Under the pieces are notes generated by a model. It searched no databases. It saw nothing but the letters and a program-made list of their open reading frames with translations, and was not told the DNA's origin. DNA of 64,000 nt from an uncultured Verrucomicrobiae bacterium (GTDB lineage Bacteria; Verrucomicrobiota; Verrucomicrobiia; Limisphaerales; Palsa-1400), in NCBI GenBank assembly GCA_963707025.1, contig CAVPOM010000017.1, positions 1 through 64,000 of the forward strand, given 5' to 3'. Positions 42,318 to 51,687 of this stretch are shown in pieces (within the stretch, counting starts at the first letter, position 1; every line of letters starts with the position of its first letter). The position numbers and the translations under genes are program-made.

Positions 42318-42938
42318 TTAGACGGTAAAACGCGCTGATTTCCCGTCGCAAAGCACTTTGTTCATAATTTTCTCCAGGTGGCCGAGGCATTTGCTCAGGC
42401 GCGAACTGACGGTTTTGGAATTCAGACTCAATTCCGCCGCAATCTCATCATAGCTCAAATCGGCGAAATAGCGCAGTTCAATAATCTCGCGGCAGGGCTG
42501 GCCCAATTGTTCCAGGGCCTGGGCCACCTGCGCGCCGCGCTCGGCCTGGAGCAGAAGCGCGTCCGGGCCGGGCAAGGGGCTGGGCGGATCGGGCGCCAGG
42601 CCGGTCTCGGGATGGGCGGCGTGGAGGGAAAGGGGAGCCACTCCGCCGCCGCGCTTGGCCGCCTGCTGGCGCTGGCGGTAATCCCGCGCCTTGTTGGCGG
42701 CGATGCGGAAGACCCAGGTTTGCAGCCGGCTGCCCCCCTTGAAGGAAGGCAGGTTCTTGATGACCGCCAGGAAGGTTTCCTGGCAGATTTCCTCCATGTC
42801 CTCGCGCGACAAGCCCGGCGACAATTGGAAAATGAACCGGCCGGACGCGGCATAATGAAGGTCAAAGAGCCTGTCCCAGGCCTCCCTGTCGCCCTGGCGG
42901 CAGAGCGCGATCAATTGTGCTTCAGTTTCCAGACTCAT
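42318..42938 (-). CDS. ECF sigma-70 factor
   Basis: EEICQETFL, TWVFRIAANKARD, LSYDEIA, TVSSRLSK. Confidence 0.92.
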   Translation of the reverse strand: MSLETEAQLIALCRQGDREAWDRLFDLHYAASGRFIFQLSPGLSREDMEEICQETFLAVIKNLPSFKGGSRLQTWVFRIAANKARDYRQRQQAAKRGGGVAPLSLHAAHPETGLAPDPPSPLPGPDALLLQAERGAQVAQALEQLGQPCREIIELRYFADLSYDEIAAELSLNSKTVSSRLSKCLGHLEKIMNKVLCDGKSARFTV

Positions 42939-43353
42939 GGTCACTTGGATGCCTTGGCATTGACAGTCCGGCGGCATGGCTTGCTCAATGGCGGCACGCC
43001 CCGTCCCAAGGTTGCGCCAGACACAGGCAAAATACCAACCTCATTGAACAAACAATCGCGCAGTCCCGTCTTTCCACCTTCCCACCACACGGGTGGAATC
43101 CCGATGCAATCGGGACCCGTCCCGCCGGACCGCTGGTCCGGCGGAAGAGAGCGGACATGAAGCAAACCTTCCGGAGAAGCCGGTGGCCGGCGGCCCGGCG
43201 GATTGGCGCGGCGAAGAGTTCAGCGTCGCGACACGCCGGCTGACACTGGTGCTTGACAACGCCGCAGACGGGTGTAGTTTGATTAAAATTGCCGGGCGGA
43301 TGGCAAGATTGGAGCATCAGGTTCGGCAACAGAGAACCGCAGAATTAGCAGTT

Positions 43354-45396
43354 ATGAAAGCGAACCGTTCAGTTCCTCTCCGATGTCTGGCCGGAATCGT
43401 CCCGCTGTTTGTCGGGGCGGGCTTGTCCGCCGGGACGTTGACATGGTTTCCCGGGCCGTCCTTGGATGCCCCCGTCAGCGGCGCAGCGACCATCGTTATC
43501 TCCGGCGGCAACAACCTCCTGATTGGCGGCGATTCCTATGATTTCAGTTTACCTCAAAGTTTGGCCGCCACCAACAGCTCTTGGACTTACCTGCCGGCCT
43601 TGCCTGGCGTCCGCATCGCGCCCGGAGTCGTGGCGGGCGGTGATACCATCACCCTTTATGGCGGCAGCGACGGCACTAATTCCACCAGCAGCGTGATCGG
43701 TTATAGTCCTTCCGGCGACGGCACACTCACCCTGGCCTCGATGAGCGTCGCCCGTTCGGACCTCGGTTATGCCCCTGACCGCAACGGCGACGCTTACGCC
43801 ATTGGCGGCTTGGACGACACCGGCCAGCCGCTTTCATCCGCCGAGCGCTACAGCCAGGACTCGACCACTTGGTCCGCCATCGCCAGTCTCCCGACAGCCC
43901 TCTACAGTTTCCCGGCTGTCTTTGACGGCACGAACCATATTTACATTTTTGGCGGACGGACCAACACCTCGTCCGGGCCGGAAACCGCCACGGTGCTCCG
44001 TTACTCCGTCAGCGCCAACACCTGGAGCGCAATGGCTGCAATGCCCACCGCCACCGCCGGCAGCGCGGCGGCGTTGGGGGCCGACGGCAAAATCTATGTG
44101 GTCGGCGGTGTTTCCGGCGGTGTCACGACCAATGTGGTTCAGGTTTACGATCCCGCCGCCAATTCATGGGTGATTTCAACGCCTTTGCCCGAAGGCTTGA
44201 CCGCCTCCGCCATGGGTGTGGACAGCCTGGGCCGGTTGATTGTAATGGGTGGCATGGACACCAACGGCAACGACGTCAGCGATGTCTGGCGCAGCCAGCA
44301 ATTGGGAGTGGCCGAGAGCGTCCCAACCTTCACGCAATACCCCGGCACCAACGGCACCTACCAGACGCCTTACACCTCGTCCATCAGCGCGAGCGGCAAT
44401 CCGCAGCCGGTTTATCTGGTGTTGAGCGGCCCCGCCGGGTTGCAGGTTGACTATTACAGCGGCGCCATTACGTGGACGCCGCAGGCCGAACAGGTAGGTT
44501 CCATTCCGGTGACCATTCGGGCCACCAACGAGGCCGGCTTCGCCGATTGGAGTTTCACCATTACCGTCCCCACCCCGCCGCCAGCGATACCTGCCAACAT
44601 TCATTTGGTCAGCGCAACCGAATATACGCTGACTTTCGGTTGGGATCCCGAAAGCCCGGTGGTTGGGCCGGCAACTTTTAACATTTTCATCCCGCATCCC
44701 TACCACAGTCCCAGGGGCAGCGGGGGCGGTGTCAACTACCAGTTGATCGGTTCCACCACCTCGACCAACATAACCATAAGCAATCTGACACCGAATATTT
44801 CCTATGGCTATTCCCTCAATGCCACAGCGCCCGGCGGCAAGTCGGGCTACGCGGGCGTTTCCGGCACCACCTTGGGGCCGCAGCAGCCGCCTAATCTGCG
44901 GGTAATGGGAATTACCTCCACCAGCATCAGCCTGGCGTGGGATCCTTCACCCGGCCCGGTGCCGATAACTCGTTATGAGATTTGGGGCTGGATTGGCGGT
45001 TTGTTGCCGACCATTGAATATGGGTCGAACTTCACCAGCACGACGGCCACGATCACCGGCCTCACTCCCGGCACCTATGAAGAATGGACCGTGCGCGGTT
45101 ACGATGCGGGGGGCAATGTCTCCGGCTTGGCTGCCGGCGTTTACGCGGTCAATCCCCTGCCTGCGGCCGCGCAATTGAGCAGCGCCACGCCCTCCGCCGG
45201 CGGCGGGTTTCAAATCACCGCGTCCGAAGGCGGCACCGTGCTGCAAACGGTTGTGATTCAGGCGACCACGACCCCGGCGGATCCCAACTCCTGGGTGCAA
45301 ATCGGCTCGCTCCTGCCGACCTCGAACCCATTCACCTTCACCGACACCAACGCTGCTCAATACCCGATGCGCTTCTACCGGATTCTCGCGCCGTAA
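43354..45396 (+). CDS. Secreted Kelch + Ig-like + two FN3 protein with a C-terminal FYR domain
   Basis: Signal-like N-terminus; GG...YDP..NSW Kelch repeats; ITWTP; LAWDP; ends MRFYRILAP. Confidence 0.85.
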   Translation: MKANRSVPLRCLAGIVPLFVGAGLSAGTLTWFPGPSLDAPVSGAATIVISGGNNLLIGGDSYDFSLPQSLAATNSSWTYLPALPGVRIAPGVVAGGDTITLYGGSDGTNSTSSVIGYSPSGDGTLTLASMSVARSDLGYAPDRNGDAYAIGGLDDTGQPLSSAERYSQDSTTWSAIASLPTALYSFPAVFDGTNHIYIFGGRTNTSSGPETATVLRYSVSANTWSAMAAMPTATAGSAAALGADGKIYVVGGVSGGVTTNVVQVYDPAANSWVISTPLPEGLTASAMGVDSLGRLIVMGGMDTNGNDVSDVWRSQQLGVAESVPTFTQYPGTNGTYQTPYTSSISASGNPQPVYLVLSGPAGLQVDYYSGAITWTPQAEQVGSIPVTIRATNEAGFADWSFTITVPTPPPAIPANIHLVSATEYTLTFGWDPESPVVGPATFNIFIPHPYHSPRGSGGGVNYQLIGSTTSTNITISNLTPNISYGYSLNATAPGGKSGYAGVSGTTLGPQQPPNLRVMGITSTSISLAWDPSPGPVPITRYEIWGWIGGLLPTIEYGSNFTSTTATITGLTPGTYEEWTVRGYDAGGNVSGLAAGVYAVNPLPAAAQLSSATPSAGGGFQITASEGGTVLQTVVIQATTTPADPNSWVQIGSLLPTSNPFTFTDTNAAQYPMRFYRILAP

Positions 45397-45449
45397 CCCA
45401 GGCAGGCCTCTCCGAATCGGCCAACTCGGCCTTCCGAATCGTGCCGCGT

Positions 45450-45836
45450 TCACCGTCCGTCATCATCGTCGGCAAAAGGCGGAGTCAGGCCAGTGAAGTC
45501 GCCCACGATTTTGGCATCATAGGGCGAGTATAACCCACGCTGGGTGGTGCGCAGGTCATAGCCCGCATTGTTGCCGATGGCGCCGCCCCCGGCCAGGGGC
45601 AGCCCGTAGCTGGCCAGGATATGGCCTTGGTGATTAATGCGAATGACCAGGTTATTGAATTGATCGGCGATGAGAATGTTGCCCTCTTCGTTGAAGCCCC
45701 GTTGCAGCCGAAAGTCTTCCGCCCTGACGCTGGTGACCGCCAGCAGAAAGACAGCGGCGGGGATGGCGATGCCAAGGGAGCCGGCCAGGCGGCGGAGCAC
45801 GCGCCACGAATTGCCAAACAGTTTTTCAGTTGTCAT
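45450..45836 (-). CDS. Short secreted NHL-like protein, possibly internally deleted
   Basis: Signal peptide; one GNILIADQFNNLVI blade followed by a C-terminal SPYDAK segment. Confidence 0.5.
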   Translation of the reverse strand: MTTEKLFGNSWRVLRRLAGSLGIAIPAAVFLLAVTSVRAEDFRLQRGFNEEGNILIADQFNNLVIRINHQGHILASYGLPLAGGGAIGNNAGYDLRTTQRGLYSPYDAKIVGDFTGLTPPFADDDDGR

Positions 45837-46131
45837 ATTGGACCTTTACATTGATTTGAACTTTGCGCCCGCGCTTGTAAGGGGGTTCGCAGCCAAATTT
45901 GTTCCATCCGGGGCAGGATTCCATGAGCCGGAAGTGTGCCCGGTCACCGCTTTGCTGCGCGCAGCCGTTCCCTCCGCGCATCCCGGCTTGCCAATTCCCC
46001 CCGGCCACAAAGCGGGCCGAGGGTTGGCGTGAGGGGTTTCAATCCGCCAATGGTGGTGGCATCCAGAGGCACCCGGGAATTGCCGCGCAAAGCCGGTTGA
46101 CTTGGCTTTAGAAGTTGAGAACACTCACGCC

Positions 46132-46575
46132 ATGACAACATCAGCAAAAGCCATTCTGGCGCTGGCGGCCGCAAGTTTGATCGGCCTGGCTTACGCCGCG
46201 GAGCAACCCGAAGCGGTCATTCACATTGGGCACGAAAAAGTGGACGCCGCTTTTGCCAAGGGGGGATTGCTGCTTCGGACCAACAATTACAAGATCATGG
46301 CGGGCCGCCGCAGCGGTCCGGGGACGGTCGAAATCCATGAAAAAGACACCGACATCTTCTACATCGTGGACGGCACGGCGACGTTTGTCACGGGCGGGAA
46401 GGCGAATGAGGTGAAGGAGAAATCACCGGGAGAATTTGGGGCCACAGAGATTGTGGGCGGCGACGTGCGGCACCTGGCGAAAGGGGATGTGATCCTGATC
46501 CCCAATGGTGTTCCGCACTGGTTCACCGAAACCAGCACGCCCTTCCTCTACTTCGTGGTCAAGGTGAGCAAGTAA
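46132..46575 (+). CDS. Secreted cupin-domain protein
   Basis: EIHEKDTDIFYIVDG, GDVILIPNGVPHW. Confidence 0.85.
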   Translation: MTTSAKAILALAAASLIGLAYAAEQPEAVIHIGHEKVDAAFAKGGLLLRTNNYKIMAGRRSGPGTVEIHEKDTDIFYIVDGTATFVTGGKANEVKEKSPGEFGATEIVGGDVRHLAKGDVILIPNGVPHWFTETSTPFLYFVVKVSK

Positions 46576-46582
46576 CCGGGTG

Positions 46583-47545
46583 TCACCGGCCCGGCGCAAT
46601 CGGCTCCATCAGGCCGTTGCGCTCGTCGTGCAGCAGGGCGGTGTTCAGGTTGTCCAGCACCACAATGCCCTGGATGGACGAAATGAGTTCGGCCTTGCTC
46701 CACTGCCAGACGATGGCTCCGGTCTTGTCAAACTCCACGAGCTGAATGCCCGAGTGGCCGTGGTCCGCTCCGTGGCCCTGCCAATTGGCCACGACGACAT
46801 CGCCGTTGGGCAGGAGCTGGAAGGAGGCGAAAAAGTCGGAATTGACGGCGGCGGGAACCTGGTCTTTGCCGCCGAATTTGCGCACGATGTTCTTGGCCGG
46901 ATCCAACTCCACCATAAAGCCGCCATAGCCGGCTGAGGCCAGGGTGTGGCCATTGGCAAGCCGCACCGCCTTCCAGGCATGGCTGAATTTTTCGACCGGC
47001 GCCTCCCAGATGTATTGGCCGGCGCTGTTGCCTTCACGAATCGCGGTGTCGCAGACCATCAAATAGGTGCCTTGGGCGGTTTGGCGCAGGAGCCGGACAT
47101 AATTGCCCGGATAGACGATCTTGTTTTTCACCTCGCCCTGGGCGTCCACGTCCAGCACGACGACCCCTTTGGACCCGCCGATGCTGATGCTGGCCACCAG
47201 GGTGTGGCCGTTGGGCTGGCGCCGGACCGAGGTGACCTCGTCCGTGTCGGTCCTGGCCGAGCCGGGGGCAAAGTTGGTCACATCCACCAACCGTGTGCCG
47301 GTGGCGATGTCGAACTCGGAGTAACCGGTGACATTGCCAATGAGGATGCGGTTGCCGCCCACCAACTGCATGTCGCGGGGATGCGATTTGCCGATGGGCA
47401 CAATCCAGTTCCTGGCGGGATCCTTCTCGTTGACATAAAGGAGGTTGGTTTTCCCTTCGTCAATGGCGATGAATTCGTGTTGGATCGGCCCGGCGTGCGC
47501 GGTGGTGGCGCAGAGGCAGGCGAGCAGGCAAATACTCAGCATCAT
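46583..47545 (-). CDS. Secreted beta-propeller-like hypothetical protein
   Basis: Signal peptide; repeated L(P/A)NGH/DT motifs and xW(E/Q) blade ends. Confidence 0.7.
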   Translation of the reverse strand: MMLSICLLACLCATTAHAGPIQHEFIAIDEGKTNLLYVNEKDPARNWIVPIGKSHPRDMQLVGGNRILIGNVTGYSEFDIATGTRLVDVTNFAPGSARTDTDEVTSVRRQPNGHTLVASISIGGSKGVVVLDVDAQGEVKNKIVYPGNYVRLLRQTAQGTYLMVCDTAIREGNSAGQYIWEAPVEKFSHAWKAVRLANGHTLASAGYGGFMVELDPAKNIVRKFGGKDQVPAAVNSDFFASFQLLPNGDVVVANWQGHGADHGHSGIQLVEFDKTGAIVWQWSKAELISSIQGIVVLDNLNTALLHDERNGLMEPIAPGR

Positions 47546-47798
47546 GCCGGAGATTGGCACGCTCTCTCCGCAAAAGTCAATGCCAAGGCAATGCGTCAGT
47601 GACGGCAGCGAAGCCGTCGGAGTGCGCCCGTCCCCGGGCGCAGCACCGTCCGGACTTCGGCCGCGGCCGACAAATCTCGACAAAGGGGTCGCCGAAGGCG
47701 CTTAGATAGGGAATTCGGGTTCTTCGCTGTTCTCGGTGGATTTCTTCCGCCAGGACAACCGCTGGAAGTAGCGCAGGGTCCGCTCCCGAGCATTGCTC

Positions 47799-47885
47799 CG
47801 TTACAGCCGTTACATCGTTACACCTGTTGCACCACAAGCACTTACGCATTTTAGAGCCGTTACACCCCCGTTACATGCCGTTACA
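47799..47885. repeat. Six CGTTACA heptamers in two triplets
   Basis: Starts at 47799, 47808, 47816, 47858, 47869 and 47879. Confidence 0.9.
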
Positions 47886-48010
47886 TCTTCGGAGGTGTTA
47901 AAACACAGATGCTTTGCACAATATTACCGGCAACCCCTTGCAGCGCTGCCGTTTCCATAATGACGGCCATGCGGCGCTCGTGCTGCCCGGCCTCCAGTTC
48001 AGCCCTCGCC

Positions 48011-48166
48011 TCTTGCCGTTCCAGACCAGTTCCACCTCGCGCTGGTCGGCGAAGAGAGGAAGCGGTATTCTTCCGGGAGCGGCTCGCCTTTGTTGATGAG
48101 CTTGATGAGGTGGCGCTTCTCGCCGTCGGAGACTTCGTAGCGTTCAGAAGCTTGGGTGCGGGCCAT
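48011..48166 (-). pseudogene. N-terminal remnant of a type III R-M Mod-like methyltransferase
   Basis: MARTQASERYEVSDGEKRHLIKLINKGEPLPEEYRFL-(frameshift)-FADQREVELVWNGK resembles the remembered Mod N-terminus PLPDKYRFLLFEDKREVELVWNGK. Confidence 0.55.
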
Positions 48167-48310
48167 AATCAGGATTTTCGGGTTTACAAAACGCTTGGCA
48201 AGTGTATTATATATATGACGACCAGAGTGGGCCGGACCTTTCCGACTCCGTGATTAATTCCTTGGCCGCTCCTTTTTTTGTGCATGGTTGGGTTTTAGGG
48301 TTTTGGATTC

Positions 48311-48353
48311 AATACCTAGTTTAATACCTAGTTTCCGAGTTAATACCTAGTTT
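48311..48353. repeat. Three copies of aatacctagttt overlapping the Fic stop codon
   Basis: Copies at 48311, 48323 and 48342. Confidence 0.9.
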
Positions 48354-49393
48354 GTGGTTTTCTCCCATTTTGCGTTTCGGCCCGTGCCGAGCGATTTTAT
48401 TTTCTTTCCCTTTTGCAGCCGGGCAAGGAGTTTGCGGATCAAATCCAAGCCGACGCCCGGACACCCGGCCTGCAAATCAGCCACGCGGAAGGTGCTGGTC
48501 TGGCGATCAATCTCAGCGAGCACGGCGGCGGTCTTTTCGCCACGCGGCGATCTGAGGTGCCCGACGCGCTGCTCGAACTCCTTGCAGGCCTGGGTGAGGA
48601 TGAAGAGGAGAAAATTCATGGCCGGCCACGGATCGTGTTTGCCTTGGTGCCAGCCTTGCGAGCTTTGTTCGAGGACTTCGTAGTAGCGCTCCTTGTTGTC
48701 CTCGATAATGCGTTCGAGACTGATGTAGCGCCCCGCTTCGATGCCGCAATGGTAGGAGGCGAGAAGGAACAGGAGGCGGGAGGCGCGGCCATTCCCATCG
48801 CGAAACGGATGGATGCACAGGAAGTCGAGGCTCAGCGCGGCGGCGAGAACCAGCGGGGGAACCCATTTCTCGCGCACGCCGCGCTGCCAAAGCTCGATCA
48901 TTTCGGTCATCGCTTTGGGCGTTTGTTTCGCGGGAAGAGTTTTGAAGCGAACCCGGCTGCGCCCATCGGCAAAGGTCTGGATGATGTCCACGTCCTTTTC
49001 TTTGTAAGCGCCGGCATCCCAGATTTGGCCACGCGAAAGTTTGTGAAGCGTTTTGATGGTGGCTTCGGAGATGGGGAGTTTTGCGCGGTTCTCGTGGATG
49101 AGCTTGAGCGCGTTGCGATAACCGCGCACCTCCTCTTCGTCGCGGTCGCGCAAGGCCGGTTTGCCGAACATCAGCGTGGCGACGCGGGACTTGTCCACTT
49201 CCACGCCTTCGATGCGGTTGGAGGAAACGGCACTTTCGATGAGCGCGTGTTCGCGCAGCACCTTGAGCTTTTGCGGAGACTGACGGGTGAAGAGTTCTTG
49301 CTTGCCGCGCGCCTCGGCCAGATCGGTCAGGTACCACGTCGTTCGCGTGGGCAGCGTGGGCGGTTCGGCGGCGAGTTGGCGGAGCGTCATCAT
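48347..49393 (-). CDS. Fic-family protein with C-terminal wHTH
   Basis: HPFRDGNGRASR motif; SSNRIEG. Confidence 0.93.
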   Translation of the reverse strand: MMTLRQLAAEPPTLPTRTTWYLTDLAEARGKQELFTRQSPQKLKVLREHALIESAVSSNRIEGVEVDKSRVATLMFGKPALRDRDEEEVRGYRNALKLIHENRAKLPISEATIKTLHKLSRGQIWDAGAYKEKDVDIIQTFADGRSRVRFKTLPAKQTPKAMTEMIELWQRGVREKWVPPLVLAAALSLDFLCIHPFRDGNGRASRLLFLLASYHCGIEAGRYISLERIIEDNKERYYEVLEQSSQGWHQGKHDPWPAMNFLLFILTQACKEFEQRVGHLRSPRGEKTAAVLAEIDRQTSTFRVADLQAGCPGVGLDLIRKLLARLQKGKKIKSLGTGRNAKWEKTTN

Positions 49394-49494
49394 GGTCGGC
49401 TTTTAGATTTAGTAAAACTGGGCGCCAGCGCGGCAAAATTCTTCGGCGCGTGCTTTTCAGAACCAGTCTGATCCACAAAAACAAAATTCTTCAT
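49390..49494 (-). pseudogene. C-terminal remnant of an upstream gene, resembling a type III Res C-terminus
   Basis: FVFVDQTGSEKHAPKNFAALAPSFTKSK; stop overlaps the Fic ATG (ATGA). Confidence 0.45.
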
Positions 49495-49753
49495 CTGCGT
49501 CAATCCCCGTCCTCCGCAGCCTTGGCGAAGGAGGCTGCGGGCAACTCCGGATTCCGTTGTGGCTGGCCGCGCTGCGGCTTTGCCTTAAAAACCCTTCTGC
49601 AAATCGAAAAACCATCTCAACAGGAGAACGCAGAGAGCACAGAGATGAGAAGTTCCTCAATCCCCTCTCCCTCTTGTCGCGCCATTGCGGAGCGACGGCG
49701 AACGCCTCCATGCACTCTTGTTAAAAAATCCGTTTGTTGATTTTCGAACTATA

Positions 49754-49892
49754 GGGCGTGTTGCCCAAATCGCGGAGTGCGACCGTCCTCGGTCGCAGCA
49801 TTATCCAAACCTGCTTCGGTTCACAAATTCATGCAGACATCGGACCTGTCCGGCAATGCTTTTCTCCAGTTTTCGGTTTGGGCAACACGCCC
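49754..49892. mobile_element. MITE, 139 bp, flanked by TA
   Basis: TA|gggcgtgttgcccaaa ... tttgggcaacacgccc|TA, perfect terminal inverted repeats. Confidence 0.8.
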
Positions 49893-50236
49893 TATAACTT
49901 TGTCCCATCCTGCTCAAAGACGGCCATGATTCAACTCCCAATTGGGCAAAGTTATGCTCTGACCCCTATGCCCCCTTTGACTGGCGGCCCGATGTCGTTG
50001 GAGAAAGCAAAAATGGCGCTTGCCAGTGGTGCCTCGTTTGTTAGAATTGGAGCCTTGTGGTAATGACAAGGCGGAAGATTAACCTCTGTGGTGACCTGTG
50101 AATGCCGTGAAAGCAATAAGGAAAGCTGTCTGCACAGTGCCACCTTGCCGGAGAACCAAGGGATCTTTCAAGGCAGCGCATGGTTTCGCGATGGTCACCG
50201 GCCATTATTCGATCAAGTGTCCAAAACCAAAGGTTT

Positions 50237-51687
50237 CACAGCCATCCCACAGGAAATTGGAAAAAAGTGTTGGCTTGACCATTTGAACCTGCCACAAGGC
50301 AGGCATGAAAAACAAAAAAATCAAACCAACACGGTCCCGGTTTAACGTTTTGCGCCAGATTTGCAATCTCATTCCTGCGCATGAAGTCTCCAAAATAGCG
50401 CGGGAGACCGGGGCTCTGGATAAGTCGCGCACCTTCAGTCCGTGGAGTCACACGGTCAGTTTGCTGGACGCGCAACTCACCCATTGCATCGGACTCAACG
50501 ATCTGTGCGACTCGCTGCAATTGCATTCCGGGCCGCTGTCCACTTTGCGCGGCGCCAGCGCCCCCAGCCGCAACGGCCTCTCCCACGCCAACCGGGAGCG
50601 TCCGGCCCAGATGGCCGAACAACTCTTCTGGCGGGTCCTGGAGCATTTGAAAGCACAGACGCCCGGCTTTGCCGCGGGCCAGCGCCGTGGCCCCGCCTTC
50701 CGTTTCAAGATGCCCATCCATGTGATTGATAGCACGACCATGGAACTGGTGGCCAACTGCCTGGACTGGGCCAAGCACCGCCGGCGCAAGGCCGCCGCCA
50801 AAACCCATATGCGGTTGAATCTGCAGAATCTTTTGCCCGGTTTTGTCATTGTGGACACTGCCGCCGAGCACGACAACCGACGGGCGCGGGAACTGTGCGC
50901 CGACTTGAAGAGCGGCGAAATCGCCTTGTTCGACAAGGGTTATGTGGACTTCGGCCACTTGCGGGATTTGGACGGGCGCGGGGTCTTTTGGGTGACGCGG
51001 GCCAAGGAGAACATGGGCTATGAGGTGGTGCGGAAAATGCCCGCCTCCAGAGACCCGAAGATTTTGCGCGACGAAGTGATCGTCCTGAGCAACGAGAACA
51101 AACCCGCGCCGGAGTTGATGCGCCGGGTGGTGGCGCTGGTCGAGATTGATGGAGAGGAACGGGAAATGACCTTCCTGACCAACAACCTGGAGTGGAGTCC
51201 GCGCAGCGTGGCCGACCTTTACCGCTGCCGCTGGCAGATCGAAGTCTTCTTCAAACAAATCAAGCAGACCTTGCAGTTGGCGGATTTTCTGGGCCACAAC
51301 GCCAACGCCGTGCGCTGGCAGGTGTGGACGGCGCTGTTGACCTACGTGCTGTTGCGCTACCTCAGTCACCTCTCCAACTGGGCGCACAGCTTCACCCGGC
51401 TGTTCACGATTTTGCGGGCGGCGCTCTGGGAGAAATATGATCTGCTCAATTTGCTGGCGTGCTATGGGACAGCAGGCGGCAGCTTTCGCCACTTGGCGCG
51501 GCCCGAGCAGGCGTATTTCCCCGGCTTCCAATAAAGCTATGGGACAGCACACGCGCCCAAACAGGCGCATACCAAACCCAAAAGCCAAACTCGGAAAAAT
51601 CAAAATCTCATTTTACCCCGAAGACCAATTAAACCCTTGCAAATGAACAGGTCAGCACCAGACTTTTCCCCTTATGAGACGGGTGTG
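50237..51687 (+). mobile_element. IS4-family insertion sequence, 1451 bp, 9-bp TSD caaaggttt
   Basis: Imperfect TIRs cacagccatcccacagg / ccttatgagacgggtgtg; TSD at 50228-50236 and 51688-51696. Confidence 0.95.
50305..51534 (+). CDS. IS4-family DDE transposase, intact
   Basis: IDST, FDKGY, YRCRWQIEVFFK (YREK motif). Confidence 0.95.
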   Translation: MKNKKIKPTRSRFNVLRQICNLIPAHEVSKIARETGALDKSRTFSPWSHTVSLLDAQLTHCIGLNDLCDSLQLHSGPLSTLRGASAPSRNGLSHANRERPAQMAEQLFWRVLEHLKAQTPGFAAGQRRGPAFRFKMPIHVIDSTTMELVANCLDWAKHRRRKAAAKTHMRLNLQNLLPGFVIVDTAAEHDNRRARELCADLKSGEIALFDKGYVDFGHLRDLDGRGVFWVTRAKENMGYEVVRKMPASRDPKILRDEVIVLSNENKPAPELMRRVVALVEIDGEEREMTFLTNNLEWSPRSVADLYRCRWQIEVFFKQIKQTLQLADFLGHNANAVRWQVWTALLTYVLLRYLSHLSNWAHSFTRLFTILRAALWEKYDLLNLLACYGTAGGSFRHLARPEQAYFPGFQ

